26,227 nt of DNA, from IMG/VR virus record IMGVR_UViG_3300006164_000037, positions 1-26,227 of that record, one strand, 5' to 3'. The notes below the pieces were generated by a model. It saw only the letters and a program-made list of their open reading frames with translations. It did no database searches and had not been told where the DNA came from. Below, one piece after another: positions 15,961-25,643 of this stretch (its first letter is position 1; every line of letters begins with the position of its first letter). Both the position numbers and the translations under genes were made by a program. This DNA comes from a virus (Duplodnaviria > Caudoviricetes).

Positions 15961-18891
15961 TTATTCTTCAAATGATGCACCAGTTCTCATAATGTTGAAA
16001 TCAACAATGATAAATTCTGCAGACTTTGCAGGCTGTAAGAATATTTCACCTTTCATTTGGTTTCTATCAACTACATCTGGTGTATTGTTTGTTTCATCCA
16101 TTACAACTTTAAAGGCGTATAAACCTTGTTGTTGTTGTACTGTTTCCATATATGGGTTAACCATATTTAAGAATCTATTTCTGGTTGCTGTTGTATTATT
16201 TTCGAACACTAAATATCTTGTAGAAGATGCAATAAATTTCTTAAGTTTAATCAATAATCTTCGTACGTTAATTCTGTCTAGTGCTGATGGTTTTGTTTGT
16301 AATGTTTTTTGGCCCCAAATACATACTCCAACTCCTGGGAATACCGCGATTGGGTTAACTTTACCTTCATATAAATCATCTCTTTCGCCATGTGTTAATC
16401 TTGTATAGACATCACTTACTGTACCTAGACTTCCTCTATTTAATCCTGCAGGAGCAAACCAAGGGAAAGCAACTTTATCATTATATGCTATTACACCAGG
16501 AACTACTACTGATGGTGGAACCCATAGGTGTTTGTTTACAGTTGCATCTAATATTTTTATCCATGGATAATACATTGCTGCATAATTAGTGTCATAGTTA
16601 TCTGCTTGAGATAGTGCTGTTGAAACAGAATCACCTGATATAGAGTTAACTCCATCAAATACATAGAAACAATCACCTCTATCTTCACAAACATCAATTA
16701 CTTTTTGAACAATATTTGATGCATTGGAAGAAAGTATACCTGGTAAAACAACAAGGTTAATATCAATTTCGTCTGGATTTGAAACTGTATCTAATGCTTT
16801 CTTGTATGCAAGATATCCAGAAGCGTTTGTATTTGTAAAACTAAGACCAAAACTGTTTCCAGAAGATAAATCATTTCCAATTTTAACTGGTGTTGCAGGA
16901 TTAACTCCATCAAATCCACCTTGAAAAGCAAGTGTAAATCTTTTTGAACTAAGAGATGCATCTAATCCAACAGTTGAACCAGTAACTTGGCAAGTTTCTA
17001 ATTTGAATGTTTTATTGTATCCAATACCAGCGTCATCACTTAATGGAGCTAAATAATTATTCATTCCATTATTAAGAACAGTTTCATTAAAATTAAATCC
17101 ATAGTATGTTTTAGTATCTGTTGTTAAACTTCTAGAAGTCACAAGTGCAGCTGCTGGGTAAGACCCATATACACCTGAACTAAATGGGGATACATATGCT
17201 TCATTTCCAAATGGTATTAGTTGATCTGAATAAACACCATTTCTGCAATTTTCATGAGCTTCAACTCTAACAAATTTTGACATGTTGCCATAGTCACCTT
17301 TTACAACTAATTTACTATCTGTTCCTATTGTTTGGTAGTATTTGTATTTATCACCAATTCTTCTAGCTACGTAGTTTGGAGAATTAGCATCTAAATTACA
17401 ATTTGCATATGATTCTAAACCTACTACTTTATTATCTGTATCATCGAATTTTCTTACTACTACTGTAAAGCTACCATACTCTTGTCCACTTACACTTCCA
17501 GCCTTTTTAATTGCTAATAGACTAACTTTACAAACCATGTTAGAATTATTACCATGAGATAATGTATGGAACTTAAATAGTGGTGAATTTGTAGCATTTA
17601 CTGTTTGAGATACAACCCAAGGAGTAGATGCAGCTTTATATGATTTACCAGAAGTATAACTATTTACTCCTGCTATTGCAGTTTCTGCTGATGTAAAGTT
17701 AATAGCTGCAACTGATGCTGAGGCCTTTGTAAAACTGTATCCTCCACCTTCGTTATATGTTGCTGCACCATATGATTGTGAATTAAATATTGAATAAACG
17801 TATGAAGATTCAACAAATGTTTCTATCCCTGTGTCTACACCCGGAATTGAATTACCTGCATCCATACCAGCTACTACGTTTGGTACATATGCTGCTCTAG
17901 TTTTATCTAATGAATAACTTACGGCTGTGTTTTTGAATCCTGTGAATGTTGCGAGAGCGTCTACATTTGCTCCAACTAGATTATTGAAATCTCCACTTCC
18001 ACTATTATCTACACCACCAAGTAAAGTTCCATTGGTAATGTTTGCACCTTTATATGTTATTGAATTACCTGCAGTTCCTGCTGTATCTGCAACTAAATGC
18101 AATACATAATCACCTTGAGTATAAGGATGAGAACCAGAAGCTACTTGTATTCCTGAGGTTGTTAAACCAAGAGATGCTCCGTGAGTTGAGACAGCAGCAG
18201 CTAAATTACCTAAAGTTTCTGCTATTCCATCATTTGCAGCAAGACTGATAGCTGATGCTGATTGAACATAAACTATAGAATTTCCTGTTGCATTAATATC
18301 ATTTGAAGGTAATGGAGCATCAACAGCAATAAATTCATATTGTTGATTTCCATCAGAACTTGTAATTTCTAATAATGTTTCTCCATCAGCATAAAATGCT
18401 TGATTTGCTATTGTTGTAGCAAAAGAAAATGCAAATGATGAGGAAGCTTTTAGTTGTCCACCAGCTACACCAAGTGCAATATTTGTACATTGTTGGTCGT
18501 CATCATCTGCAGTTGCATGTAATACGGCTAATAAATGTTTATCTGTTGCAAGTTGTGCAGTTGATTCATTGTTCCAACTGGTTGAACCAGAAGCGTACAT
18601 AAATACTTGATTTGAAATAGTATACCCATCTAAACCTAAAACTCTAACTATCGTTACAGCTCCTGCACTTCTAATGTATTCTTTTACTGTAAATGGAACA
18701 TAAGTTCCTTTTGTAGAACTACCAAATTGTAATTCAAAATCTCCCATTGAGCGTACAACAACAGGTTCAAAAGCTGGACCTCTCTCTGTTCTACCAAGGA
18801 TAGCTGCACCAATCTCGCCAACTCCTACTGGTAAAAATGAAAGGTCGTTTTCCTGTGTAAAAACGCCTGGACTAACAATTCTTTCAGCCAT
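15961..18891 (-). CDS. Contractile tail sheath protein (T4 gp18-like) with large inserted domains
   Basis: N-terminal SPGVFTQEND..GRTERGP; C-terminal YYPW, WFAPAGLNRG, WGQKTL, LDRINVRRLL, FENN, DETNNTPDVVDRN, LQPAKSAEFI. Confidence 0.95.
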   Translation of the reverse strand: MAERIVSPGVFTQENDLSFLPVGVGEIGAAILGRTERGPAFEPVVVRSMGDFELQFGSSTKGTYVPFTVKEYIRSAGAVTIVRVLGLDGYTISNQVFMYASGSTSWNNESTAQLATDKHLLAVLHATADDDDQQCTNIALGVAGGQLKASSSFAFSFATTIANQAFYADGETLLEITSSDGNQQYEFIAVDAPLPSNDINATGNSIVYVQSASAISLAANDGIAETLGNLAAAVSTHGASLGLTTSGIQVASGSHPYTQGDYVLHLVADTAGTAGNSITYKGANITNGTLLGGVDNSGSGDFNNLVGANVDALATFTGFKNTAVSYSLDKTRAAYVPNVVAGMDAGNSIPGVDTGIETFVESSYVYSIFNSQSYGAATYNEGGGYSFTKASASVAAINFTSAETAIAGVNSYTSGKSYKAASTPWVVSQTVNATNSPLFKFHTLSHGNNSNMVCKVSLLAIKKAGSVSGQEYGSFTVVVRKFDDTDNKVVGLESYANCNLDANSPNYVARRIGDKYKYYQTIGTDSKLVVKGDYGNMSKFVRVEAHENCRNGVYSDQLIPFGNEAYVSPFSSGVYGSYPAAALVTSRSLTTDTKTYYGFNFNETVLNNGMNNYLAPLSDDAGIGYNKTFKLETCQVTGSTVGLDASLSSKRFTLAFQGGFDGVNPATPVKIGNDLSSGNSFGLSFTNTNASGYLAYKKALDTVSNPDEIDINLVVLPGILSSNASNIVQKVIDVCEDRGDCFYVFDGVNSISGDSVSTALSQADNYDTNYAAMYYPWIKILDATVNKHLWVPPSVVVPGVIAYNDKVAFPWFAPAGLNRGSLGTVSDVYTRLTHGERDDLYEGKVNPIAVFPGVGVCIWGQKTLQTKPSALDRINVRRLLIKLKKFIASSTRYLVFENNTTATRNRFLNMVNPYMETVQQQQGLYAFKVVMDETNNTPDVVDRNQMKGEIFLQPAKSAEFIIVDFNIMRTGASFEE

Positions 18892-18962
18892 GTTTTTTTT
18901 CTCCTCTTTATATTATATCTGTGATACTATTGTATTTGCACGTGTATATTTTTCTAACTATA

Positions 18963-18971
18963 TATAAATAT
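18963..18971 (-). promoter_or_regulatory. ATATTTATA motif (putative late promoter)
   Basis: Exact copy upstream of sheath gene. Confidence 0.7.
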
Positions 18972-18988
18972 AACTGGTTTGGCCAAAG

Positions 18989-19327
18989 TTATTCTACAGG
19001 GGTAAATATTCCCGTTGAAATGTCTAATGTACCTTTTCCATATTTATCATTTAATTCTTGTGCGAAATCAACTTCGTCTTTTCTTGTTTTTTCAAAATGT
19101 ACATGTAATTCTGATTCTTCTAGTTCCAAGTTTTTTAACTCAAATACAACTTGGCCCATTCTTAATGTAATATTATCATATTTTTCCTTTATTAAAGATA
19201 TTTTTTCTAATTCTTCACTAGAAAATGTTTTTGTTTTAATATCAGCTGATGATACTGGTTGTTTTTCTGCCGGTTTTTCTGCTCTGTGTTTTTGCAATTT
19301 TTCTGCAATTTCTTGTTCTGGGTTCAT
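18989..19327 (-). CDS. Small coiled-coil hypothetical protein
   Basis: 112 aa, GGAGA SD at 19336-19340, helical core and C-terminal KYGKGTLDISTGIFTP. Confidence 0.8.
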   Translation of the reverse strand: MNPEQEIAEKLQKHRAEKPAEKQPVSSADIKTKTFSSEELEKISLIKEKYDNITLRMGQVVFELKNLELEESELHVHFEKTRKDEVDFAQELNDKYGKGTLDISTGIFTPVE

Positions 19328-19389
19328 CTTATAACTCTCCGTTAATTGTTAACGTATATAACATTATTGTTATACACCTTTGGTTTTTA

Positions 19390-20235
19390 TTATACATCAT
19401 TTATATCACCTACTACTTCTGTTCCTAAAACTATTTCAGCGACACCATAATTTGTTTGATCAAAATTATCCATTTGTTTTTGTAAATTATCTGGTATTAT
19501 ATATCCTGACATATTTAATGTAAAGGATGCTTTAGAAATTCTATCTGATCCTTGTGTTAAATCATTAGCTATATCAAAAGAATCTAAATTTGCTAAAAAC
19601 TTAAAATAATTTGGTTTACCCCAATATGCGTTTGATGCATAATTTATATCTTCAACTATTTTATTTTGATGTTCTATAAAATCTGTCCATATTATACATT
19701 CATATGTTAATCGTACATAATCAGGTATTATTACTCTATGAAATCTTTTTACTGGTTTTCTGCCTAATAAAATATCAAAATTATCATATCTATTTCTAGA
19801 TGTATAATTGTCGGTAAAACTAACAAATAAATTTGGATTATTTGCATCTAAATTTCTACTTAGGTCTCTATTTTTTTCTACACCAGTTCTTCTATACATT
19901 ATTAATGGAAGCTGAATTTTGCCAGTTTCATCTCTAAATACTCCTGATTTTTGAACGCTCGACCATCTTTCAGGTGAACCATAAACAATAGGTACTTTTA
20001 TTTCATTATTACCTTCTTTTACTACTGGTTGTATTACATTTTCAAAATAATAATATATTGCTTCATCTATATCATATAAACCAACCTTTGGGTCTTGAGA
20101 AGTATCGTCGAAATCTTTTCGTACTTGGCTAGCTCTACTATCACTTATTATTTTTCCAGAGGAAGTAGTTGTTGAAGTACTTTTTGGTAACTGTTGATTA
20201 CCCAATTCTATATGTCGGTTTTGTTTCTTTATCAT
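19390..20235 (-). CDS. Tail terminator / sheath stabiliser (T4 gp15-like)
   Basis: VPIVYGSPERW and IQLPLIMYRRT motifs; sits between neck and sheath genes. Confidence 0.75.
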   Translation of the reverse strand: MIKKQNRHIELGNQQLPKSTSTTTSSGKIISDSRASQVRKDFDDTSQDPKVGLYDIDEAIYYYFENVIQPVVKEGNNEIKVPIVYGSPERWSSVQKSGVFRDETGKIQLPLIMYRRTGVEKNRDLSRNLDANNPNLFVSFTDNYTSRNRYDNFDILLGRKPVKRFHRVIIPDYVRLTYECIIWTDFIEHQNKIVEDINYASNAYWGKPNYFKFLANLDSFDIANDLTQGSDRISKASFTLNMSGYIIPDNLQKQMDNFDQTNYGVAEIVLGTEVVGDINDV

Positions 20236-20237
20236 AA

Positions 20238-20789
20238 TTATTCGTTATATAATCCGTACTTATATCCTGCTCGTATATCGTCTAATTGTACTCTGCTTTT
20301 TCTAGTTTGGTGGCCATCACATATTATAGAAAAACTAGAGCCAAATTCATTTCTATTTCCACTTGTAAATCCTTTATCATTTTCAGGGTCTTTTCCAACT
20401 ATAAATTGATTTTCTATAACAGAGTCTAACTCCCAATAAATATTATTCCAAAATAACGTATCACCAACCTCTAAAACAACATTTGCAGCCGGAGTACCAA
20501 TACTACCTGCAGGTAATAGGTCGTCTCTTAGAAATGCAAATCTTGCAGATTGATTTATATCCATTCCAAATTCACTGCTATCCCATTCTTGGTCTTCAGT
20601 TGTAATTAAACAATTTACCCTAACACCTGGTTTATATACTTTATTTATGGCTTCACCATATAGATTAGCATCTGAATCATACACTGAACTCTTAAAAATA
20701 TCAACTTCTATATCAATAATCTTATTGATTAGTTCCCTATTTAGGGTTCTAAATAAACTTATGTCTCTTGCTCCACCAAATAATGCCAT
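20238..20789 (-). CDS. Neck / head closure protein (T4 gp14-like)
   Basis: NLYGEA..KVY, SEFGMD, EVGDTLFWNNIYWE; follows the gp13-like gene. Confidence 0.75.
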   Translation of the reverse strand: MALFGGARDISLFRTLNRELINKIIDIEVDIFKSSVYDSDANLYGEAINKVYKPGVRVNCLITTEDQEWDSSEFGMDINQSARFAFLRDDLLPAGSIGTPAANVVLEVGDTLFWNNIYWELDSVIENQFIVGKDPENDKGFTSGNRNEFGSSFSIICDGHQTRKSRVQLDDIRAGYKYGLYNE

Positions 20790-20793
20790 AATA

Positions 20794-21990
20794 TTACCCT
20801 ACATATATTCCATATGGAATTTTATTCATTGTTTCACCTATAAATTCAGATTCTTCTTTTTGTCTTTCTAAGAGATTTCTTCTTGAAGAAGCATCTAAGT
20901 CTTCTCTTAGTTGGGCAATTAAATTTTCTTTTTCTGCAGCTGCTTCTGATCTCAATGCATCTCCGTCAATAGTTACCTCTGCGCCAGGTATTGGAATAGA
21001 ACTATATTTACTTCGTATTATACCTAATAATTCTTTTACTAATGCTAACGTATATTTTCTAATCCACTGTTTTCCTGGGTGATTAATGTTAGAATATACC
21101 ATATTATCATATGTTGCATTTGAAAAATCAGTTATAGAGCTAGCTACACTACCATTTTTTGTTGGGTTTGATCTTTCTGATTTAACAATATATTCTACCC
21201 ATAAATTATATGCACCTGTTGGTCTAGGAAAAATCTTAAGCTTATTATTTCTTAATTCAAAAGTATATGAAGATTTTCTTATTTGGTCATTAAATTCTAT
21301 GGCTTGTACTCTCAATAGATCTCCATATAGTGGCATCATTAAAAAGTTAATTGCTGGACTATAATTGCCCATTCCGAAACCGTCTAATAAATGATCAGAA
21401 CCTTGTCCTGTTCCTATATATGGATCAAAATAACGGGTCATTGCAGGAGTACCTTCATAAAATACACGCTTAATTTCCCAATCAGGTAAATCTGCAGTTA
21501 CTGTTTCTGATTCTCCAAAAAGGCCTGTGGAGCCTGCGTCGTTCCAAGTTGTGGCACTGGTTAAATCATATGATTGTTTTGATGATGATATTTTTAAGGA
21601 AGCACTATAATGGCTTACACTACCACCTACACCGGCTTCTGATCCATAATTCTGTGCTAGTGTTATTAACCTTCCATGGTTAGGGGTAATTTCTTTATGT
21701 GTGAGATCGCTTCCTGTAGGAGTACCTTTTAATGATAAAAGATTTTCCTTTATATTATAATAGTTTACTTGGCTACTGTATTCAGTTACAGCTTCTTCAA
21801 AACATGCAAAGAAACTTGGATCTTGTAATTCAATATCTACTATAGGATATCCTAATCGCTTGGCACACCAATCTACAGTGCTTATTGATTCTGAACAGAA
21901 ATTTGTGTCGTTATCATATAATCCAAAAGGTGTACTAGATCCACTAGTAAAAATTGGTGATCCATTGTATATTGTTATATTTGTTGCCAT
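20794..21990 (-). CDS. Neck / head-tail adaptor protein (T4 gp13-like)
   Basis: WCAKRLGYPIVDIEL and WIRKYTLALVKELLGIIRSKY..IPGAEVTIDGDAL motifs. Confidence 0.85.
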   Translation of the reverse strand: MATNITIYNGSPIFTSGSSTPFGLYDNDTNFCSESISTVDWCAKRLGYPIVDIELQDPSFFACFEEAVTEYSSQVNYYNIKENLLSLKGTPTGSDLTHKEITPNHGRLITLAQNYGSEAGVGGSVSHYSASLKISSSKQSYDLTSATTWNDAGSTGLFGESETVTADLPDWEIKRVFYEGTPAMTRYFDPYIGTGQGSDHLLDGFGMGNYSPAINFLMMPLYGDLLRVQAIEFNDQIRKSSYTFELRNNKLKIFPRPTGAYNLWVEYIVKSERSNPTKNGSVASSITDFSNATYDNMVYSNINHPGKQWIRKYTLALVKELLGIIRSKYSSIPIPGAEVTIDGDALRSEAAAEKENLIAQLREDLDASSRRNLLERQKEESEFIGETMNKIPYGIYVG

Positions 21991-22023
21991 ATTATCCCTA
22001 AAGTATTTACAGTATCATTCTTA

Positions 22024-22032
22024 TATAAATAT
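22024..22032 (-). promoter_or_regulatory. ATATTTATA motif (putative late promoter)
   Basis: Exact copy upstream of neck gene, overlapping the phoH stop codon. Confidence 0.7.
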
Positions 22033-22712
22033 CAATTATTATTGTTAAATTTATGTTTTTTATAGAAGTTTAATATAGATTCTAATATTGGATGTCTATG
22101 GTTTGTGAGTAATTCTATTGTATGTAAACCTTTAACATTTTTTACATTTCTTAAAAATCCTAGTCCACTATCACCATTCTTTTTTAAGTCTACTTGGTCT
22201 GTATCTCCACAGAACATCATCTTAGAATGCAGGCCTATTCTTTGAAGTATCATAAGGGTTTGTTCATGATCTAAGTTTTGGCATTCATCAACTATTACAC
22301 AACTATTTAGAAAAGTTCTACCTCTCATATAACTTACAGGTACAATTTCTATCTGGCCTTTGGATATCATTGCCTCTACCCTTTCTTTTCTGAGTAGTTG
22401 GTGCATATTTCCGTATATTGGTGCTACCCAAGGACTCATCTTTTCTTCCATATTTCCTGGAAGGTGTCCTAAATCTTCTTTACTAATCGTTGGTCTTGTT
22501 ATAACAATCTTTGTATATCTTTTTTCTAACAATCCGTGAAGTGCAATTTGACATGCCAATAGGGTTTTACCACTGCCTGCTTTTCCAAGTATAATAGATA
22601 CATCATTTTCTAATATTTGGGCTTTTGCTAATTTTTGTTCTTCATTTAAAGAAAGTAAAAAACGATAACCTTTTTTGTTATTTTTTTTACCATTTATAAA
22701 GTCATTTGCCAT
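22032..22712 (-). CDS. phoH: PhoH-family ATPase
   Basis: Walker A GKAGSGKT, ITRP, LGHLPG, YMRGRTF, Walker B IVDECQN, GDTDQVDL, HRHP. Confidence 0.95.
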   Translation of the reverse strand: MANDFINGKKNNKKGYRFLLSLNEEQKLAKAQILENDVSIILGKAGSGKTLLACQIALHGLLEKRYTKIVITRPTISKEDLGHLPGNMEEKMSPWVAPIYGNMHQLLRKERVEAMISKGQIEIVPVSYMRGRTFLNSCVIVDECQNLDHEQTLMILQRIGLHSKMMFCGDTDQVDLKKNGDSGLGFLRNVKNVKGLHTIELLTNHRHPILESILNFYKKHKFNNNN

Positions 22713-22741
22713 ACATAAACCTCCATTTAACAGTTATTTAC

Positions 22742-22750
22742 TATAAATAT
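22742..22750 (-). promoter_or_regulatory. ATATTTATA motif (putative late promoter)
   Basis: Exact copy between capsid terminator and phoH start. Confidence 0.75.
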
Positions 22751-22762
22751 AAAAGCTCACAT

Positions 22763-22790
22763 AAAAAAAGACCCTCCGAAGAGGGCCTTT
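22763..22790 (-). terminator. Intrinsic terminator after major capsid gene, cUUCGg tetraloop
   Basis: Sense GGCCCUC-UUCG-GAGGGUC-UUUUUUU. Confidence 0.95.
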
Positions 22791-22815
22791 AATAAAATAT
22801 ATAATATAATACGTA

Positions 22816-24462
22816 TTAGATTCTATCTAAACCTGCAACTTGTATTTTACCATAGAATTCTGGTCTTACCATTTTCTTAGCATAACGAGTCATTACACCT
22901 TTACGTGGAGTAAAGTTTGTAGGATCGTAAACTAAAGGAGTCATGATAAGTGGAATGTATGGAGCATAAACAGCACCAGTTTCAAGGAATTGAGTTCCTC
23001 TAAATCCTAACAAGATAGTATTTTCTTTCATGTAAGGGTTTTTGTAAACTTGGAATCTGTTATTTAATGCACCAACTTTTTGAACACCCATTGCGAAGTT
23101 CAATTGAGTTCCATCAGTATCAGCTGCATATCCAGGGATTGATTCTAGGATTGTTGCGATTTCTGGGGAAGTCACTAAGAAGTTTGCACCACCTCTAAGA
23201 GTTTTTTGGTGAATCTTATTAGATACTTTCTGAACTTTAGTTCCTAATGTTTGGAACCAAGAGAACTGAGTATAAGCTTCTGCAGCCGTTGGGCTTAAGA
23301 ATCTATTTGCAGATGTACTGTAAACTTCACCAAGCGCTGCTGACCAGTAGTCAGTAGTGTTAGCGTTTTGGATTAACATATCTAAGATTTCTAAGTCAAT
23401 TTCCATAGAAATGTACTCAGATAACATAGAAGTTAATTCAGCTTCAGCATCAATAGAGTGGTATGCATTCAAGTCTTGTGCGAATTCAGGAGACCAAGCA
23501 GCTTTTAACTTTCTTGTTTTAGCAATAATTGCTTCACTTCTTAATTCAACATCAACTTGTGGGATACCAACGTCTTGAGTTGATAAGTTAGCATCTACGT
23601 TTGTAGTTTTATCAATTTCAAAGTCGTTTCTATTTGCTTCAGTAGTAGCACCAATAAAGTAAGTATGATTACCTTCATCTACTAAATCCGGCTCAGCTAC
23701 TGCACCAGATACGAAAAGGTATACTGTGTCAGATGCTGCATCGTAAGAGTTGTACGCACTTAAGTTTTCTGTAGTGGAAACAACTGAAGATGAATAAATT
23801 GCACCTCTTACAGTGTCAGTATCAATTACAAATGTTCCGTCTGTTATACTTCCTTTTGCAATAGATATTTTGTTAATTTCACCTGCGTTAATAGATGCAG
23901 ATAAGTCAGCACTAAAACCAACATCTTGCCAAGTTGCAGATGCTGATGTATATGCTAAGTTTGATACAGTTCTTTGTTTAGCTGTATATCCGAATCTACC
24001 GCCACCAGCGATTGCATTTCCATACAAACCACCTCTTGGGTCTTGGTTAGATGCAGATGTATTACCATGAACGTCTCCGGCGTAACCTTTTACGTCGTTA
24101 ACTCCTGCTAATTGACCATATTTAAAGTCTAAGAAAAATACTAGACCTGATGGTAGGTTCATCGGTTGTACCGATACGAAATCTTTTGCTGCTATTTCAC
24201 CAAATACTCTACGTACTAGTGGTAATGCAACTCCAGACCATTGTTCTTTTGATGCAGTTCCCTGGGAAGTTTGAGAAGCCTCATCGATTAGTTGACGAGC
24301 TTGGTTCTCTAAAAGAACAGCCATTCCTGACTTGTCATACTCCTTGTCTAATCCTTCTAAAAGGCCAGTCTTACCCCATTTTCCAACTAACGATCTTGTT
24401 TCATCGATTTGTCTTTGGTGGGCGTTTCCTGCATCACTTAATAAATTTGAAATGTTTGCCAT
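22816..24462 (-). CDS. Major capsid protein (T4 gp23-like)
   Basis: LLENQ, LVRR, VSVQPMNLPSGLVF, AKTRKLKAAWSPEFAQDLNAYHSIDAEAEL, YAPYIPL, FTPRKGVMTRY. GGAGA SD at 24471-24475. Confidence 0.97.
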   Translation of the reverse strand: MANISNLLSDAGNAHQRQIDETRSLVGKWGKTGLLEGLDKEYDKSGMAVLLENQARQLIDEASQTSQGTASKEQWSGVALPLVRRVFGEIAAKDFVSVQPMNLPSGLVFFLDFKYGQLAGVNDVKGYAGDVHGNTSASNQDPRGGLYGNAIAGGGRFGYTAKQRTVSNLAYTSASATWQDVGFSADLSASINAGEINKISIAKGSITDGTFVIDTDTVRGAIYSSSVVSTTENLSAYNSYDAASDTVYLFVSGAVAEPDLVDEGNHTYFIGATTEANRNDFEIDKTTNVDANLSTQDVGIPQVDVELRSEAIIAKTRKLKAAWSPEFAQDLNAYHSIDAEAELTSMLSEYISMEIDLEILDMLIQNANTTDYWSAALGEVYSTSANRFLSPTAAEAYTQFSWFQTLGTKVQKVSNKIHQKTLRGGANFLVTSPEIATILESIPGYAADTDGTQLNFAMGVQKVGALNNRFQVYKNPYMKENTILLGFRGTQFLETGAVYAPYIPLIMTPLVYDPTNFTPRKGVMTRYAKKMVRPEFYGKIQVAGLDRI

Positions 24463-24502
24463 TTTTAATTTCTCCGTGTTTTTTGTTTACAAGATTATAT
24501 TA

Positions 24503-25522
24503 TTATAATCCTGCTAATTTTTTCATTCTGTTAGTAAATTGATCCGCTTCAACAATCACTTTTCGTGATGGTTTAGTTGATCGTGTAGCTTTGGAAGCAA
24601 ATCCTTCTTTTAATGAACGTTTTTTACTAGCTCCTGAGCTTAAAGATTCAGCTAAAGTAGAATATACTAATTTAACTTCTCTTGTTGAAACAGCTCTATC
24701 GAAAGTTTCAATAATTTTCATTTTTTGACCCTCAGTTAAATTATGCGATTTGAATAATTTATTTGAGAATAAAAGTTTAGCGTTCAAAAGATTAACTTCA
24801 TTGATAGTTCCTTTCAAAGATTGGATAGTTTTGTAAGCTTCTCTAAGTCTAGATTCTGGAACCATTGGCTCTTCATCTTCTTCAGTTTCTGCTACTTCTT
24901 CATCTTCATCTTCTTCTCTTAACGATCTAATGATTTCTTCTAAATCTAATTCTTCTTCGTCTTCTTCAACTGGTGCTTCTAATTCTTCTTCGTCTTCTTC
25001 AACTGTTTCTTCTTCTTCTGAATAACCTTCTTCAGTTTCATCAGCAACAGGTTCAGTTTCTAAATCTTCATCTTCAACAACTTCTTCTTCATCTTCACCT
25101 TCAAGTTCTCTGATTATAGCTTCTAAGTCAAGATCTTCTTCTTCCTCTTCTCCTTCAACAGCGAGTTCTTCTTCTTCTTCATCTTCTTCTAGCTCTTCTT
25201 CGTCGTCTCCTTCTTTAACAACAGTATTGTTACTGTCTTCGGATCCTAAGTTTCCTGCTTTTGATGTTTCAGATTTTTCTTCGTCGTCTCCATCAGCTAC
25301 GTCGACTTTATTGTCGCCGTTTCCGATTTGTGAGGAATCAGTTTGTTCTTCTAACTCTTCGTCGTCCTCTAGTTCAGCTTCTTCTTCTATCTTTCTAGAT
25401 AGCATAGATTGTAGCTTTGGTGTAAATGCTTCTTCAAGTGCCAGTTTTGCATTTGCAATTGCAGTTTCTCTAACCGCTTTCGCATCAGCAATAGCTTCCT
25501 TAAGCAAATTTGATTTTGCCAT
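24503..25522 (-). CDS. Prohead core scaffold protein (gp22-analogous)
   Basis: Highly acidic 339-aa ORF immediately upstream of the capsid gene, helical ends, repeated LDLE(A/E)IIR(E/S)L, C-terminal RMKKLAGL. AGGAGA SD at 25529-25534. Confidence 0.85.
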   Translation of the reverse strand: MAKSNLLKEAIADAKAVRETAIANAKLALEEAFTPKLQSMLSRKIEEEAELEDDEELEEQTDSSQIGNGDNKVDVADGDDEEKSETSKAGNLGSEDSNNTVVKEGDDEEELEEDEEEEELAVEGEEEEEDLDLEAIIRELEGEDEEEVVEDEDLETEPVADETEEGYSEEEETVEEDEEELEAPVEEDEEELDLEEIIRSLREEDEDEEVAETEEDEEPMVPESRLREAYKTIQSLKGTINEVNLLNAKLLFSNKLFKSHNLTEGQKMKIIETFDRAVSTREVKLVYSTLAESLSSGASKKRSLKEGFASKATRSTKPSRKVIVEADQFTNRMKKLAGL

Positions 25523-25552
25523 AGTTTTTCTCCTAAAATTTTTTTTTGGAAA

Positions 25553-25631
25553 TAAGATTATTGTGAATCTTAATTGTGTTTTATAATTTGCCTTTTACAC
25601 TTATATCAGGATAAGGTATTTTTCGACAATT
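25553..25631 (-). promoter_or_regulatory. Putative structured 5' leader of scaffold-capsid operon
   Basis: Two stem-loops in sense RNA: UUGUC..UACCUUAU-ccugau-AUAAGuGUA..GGCAA (25585-25631) and UAAGAUU-cacaau-AAUCUUA (25553-25572). Confidence 0.5.
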
Positions 25632-25643
25632 TTGATTATCTAA

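Noticed and set aside
18892-18962. Possible structure in the sheath 5' leader
   Set aside because: Only a weak bulged stem and a 6-bp palindrome; not distinguishable from chance.
24945-25005. 28-nt direct repeat, and the other repeats, as CRISPR or DGR elements
   Set aside because: In-frame coding duplications (acidic scaffold linker); no spacers, cas genes or reverse transcriptase, and mismatches are not adenine-specific.
531-25586. Other plus-strand ORFs and small nested minus-strand ORFs (3301-3501, 7117-7317)
   Set aside because: All overlap well-supported minus-strand genes, with no recognisable motifs or initiation signals.
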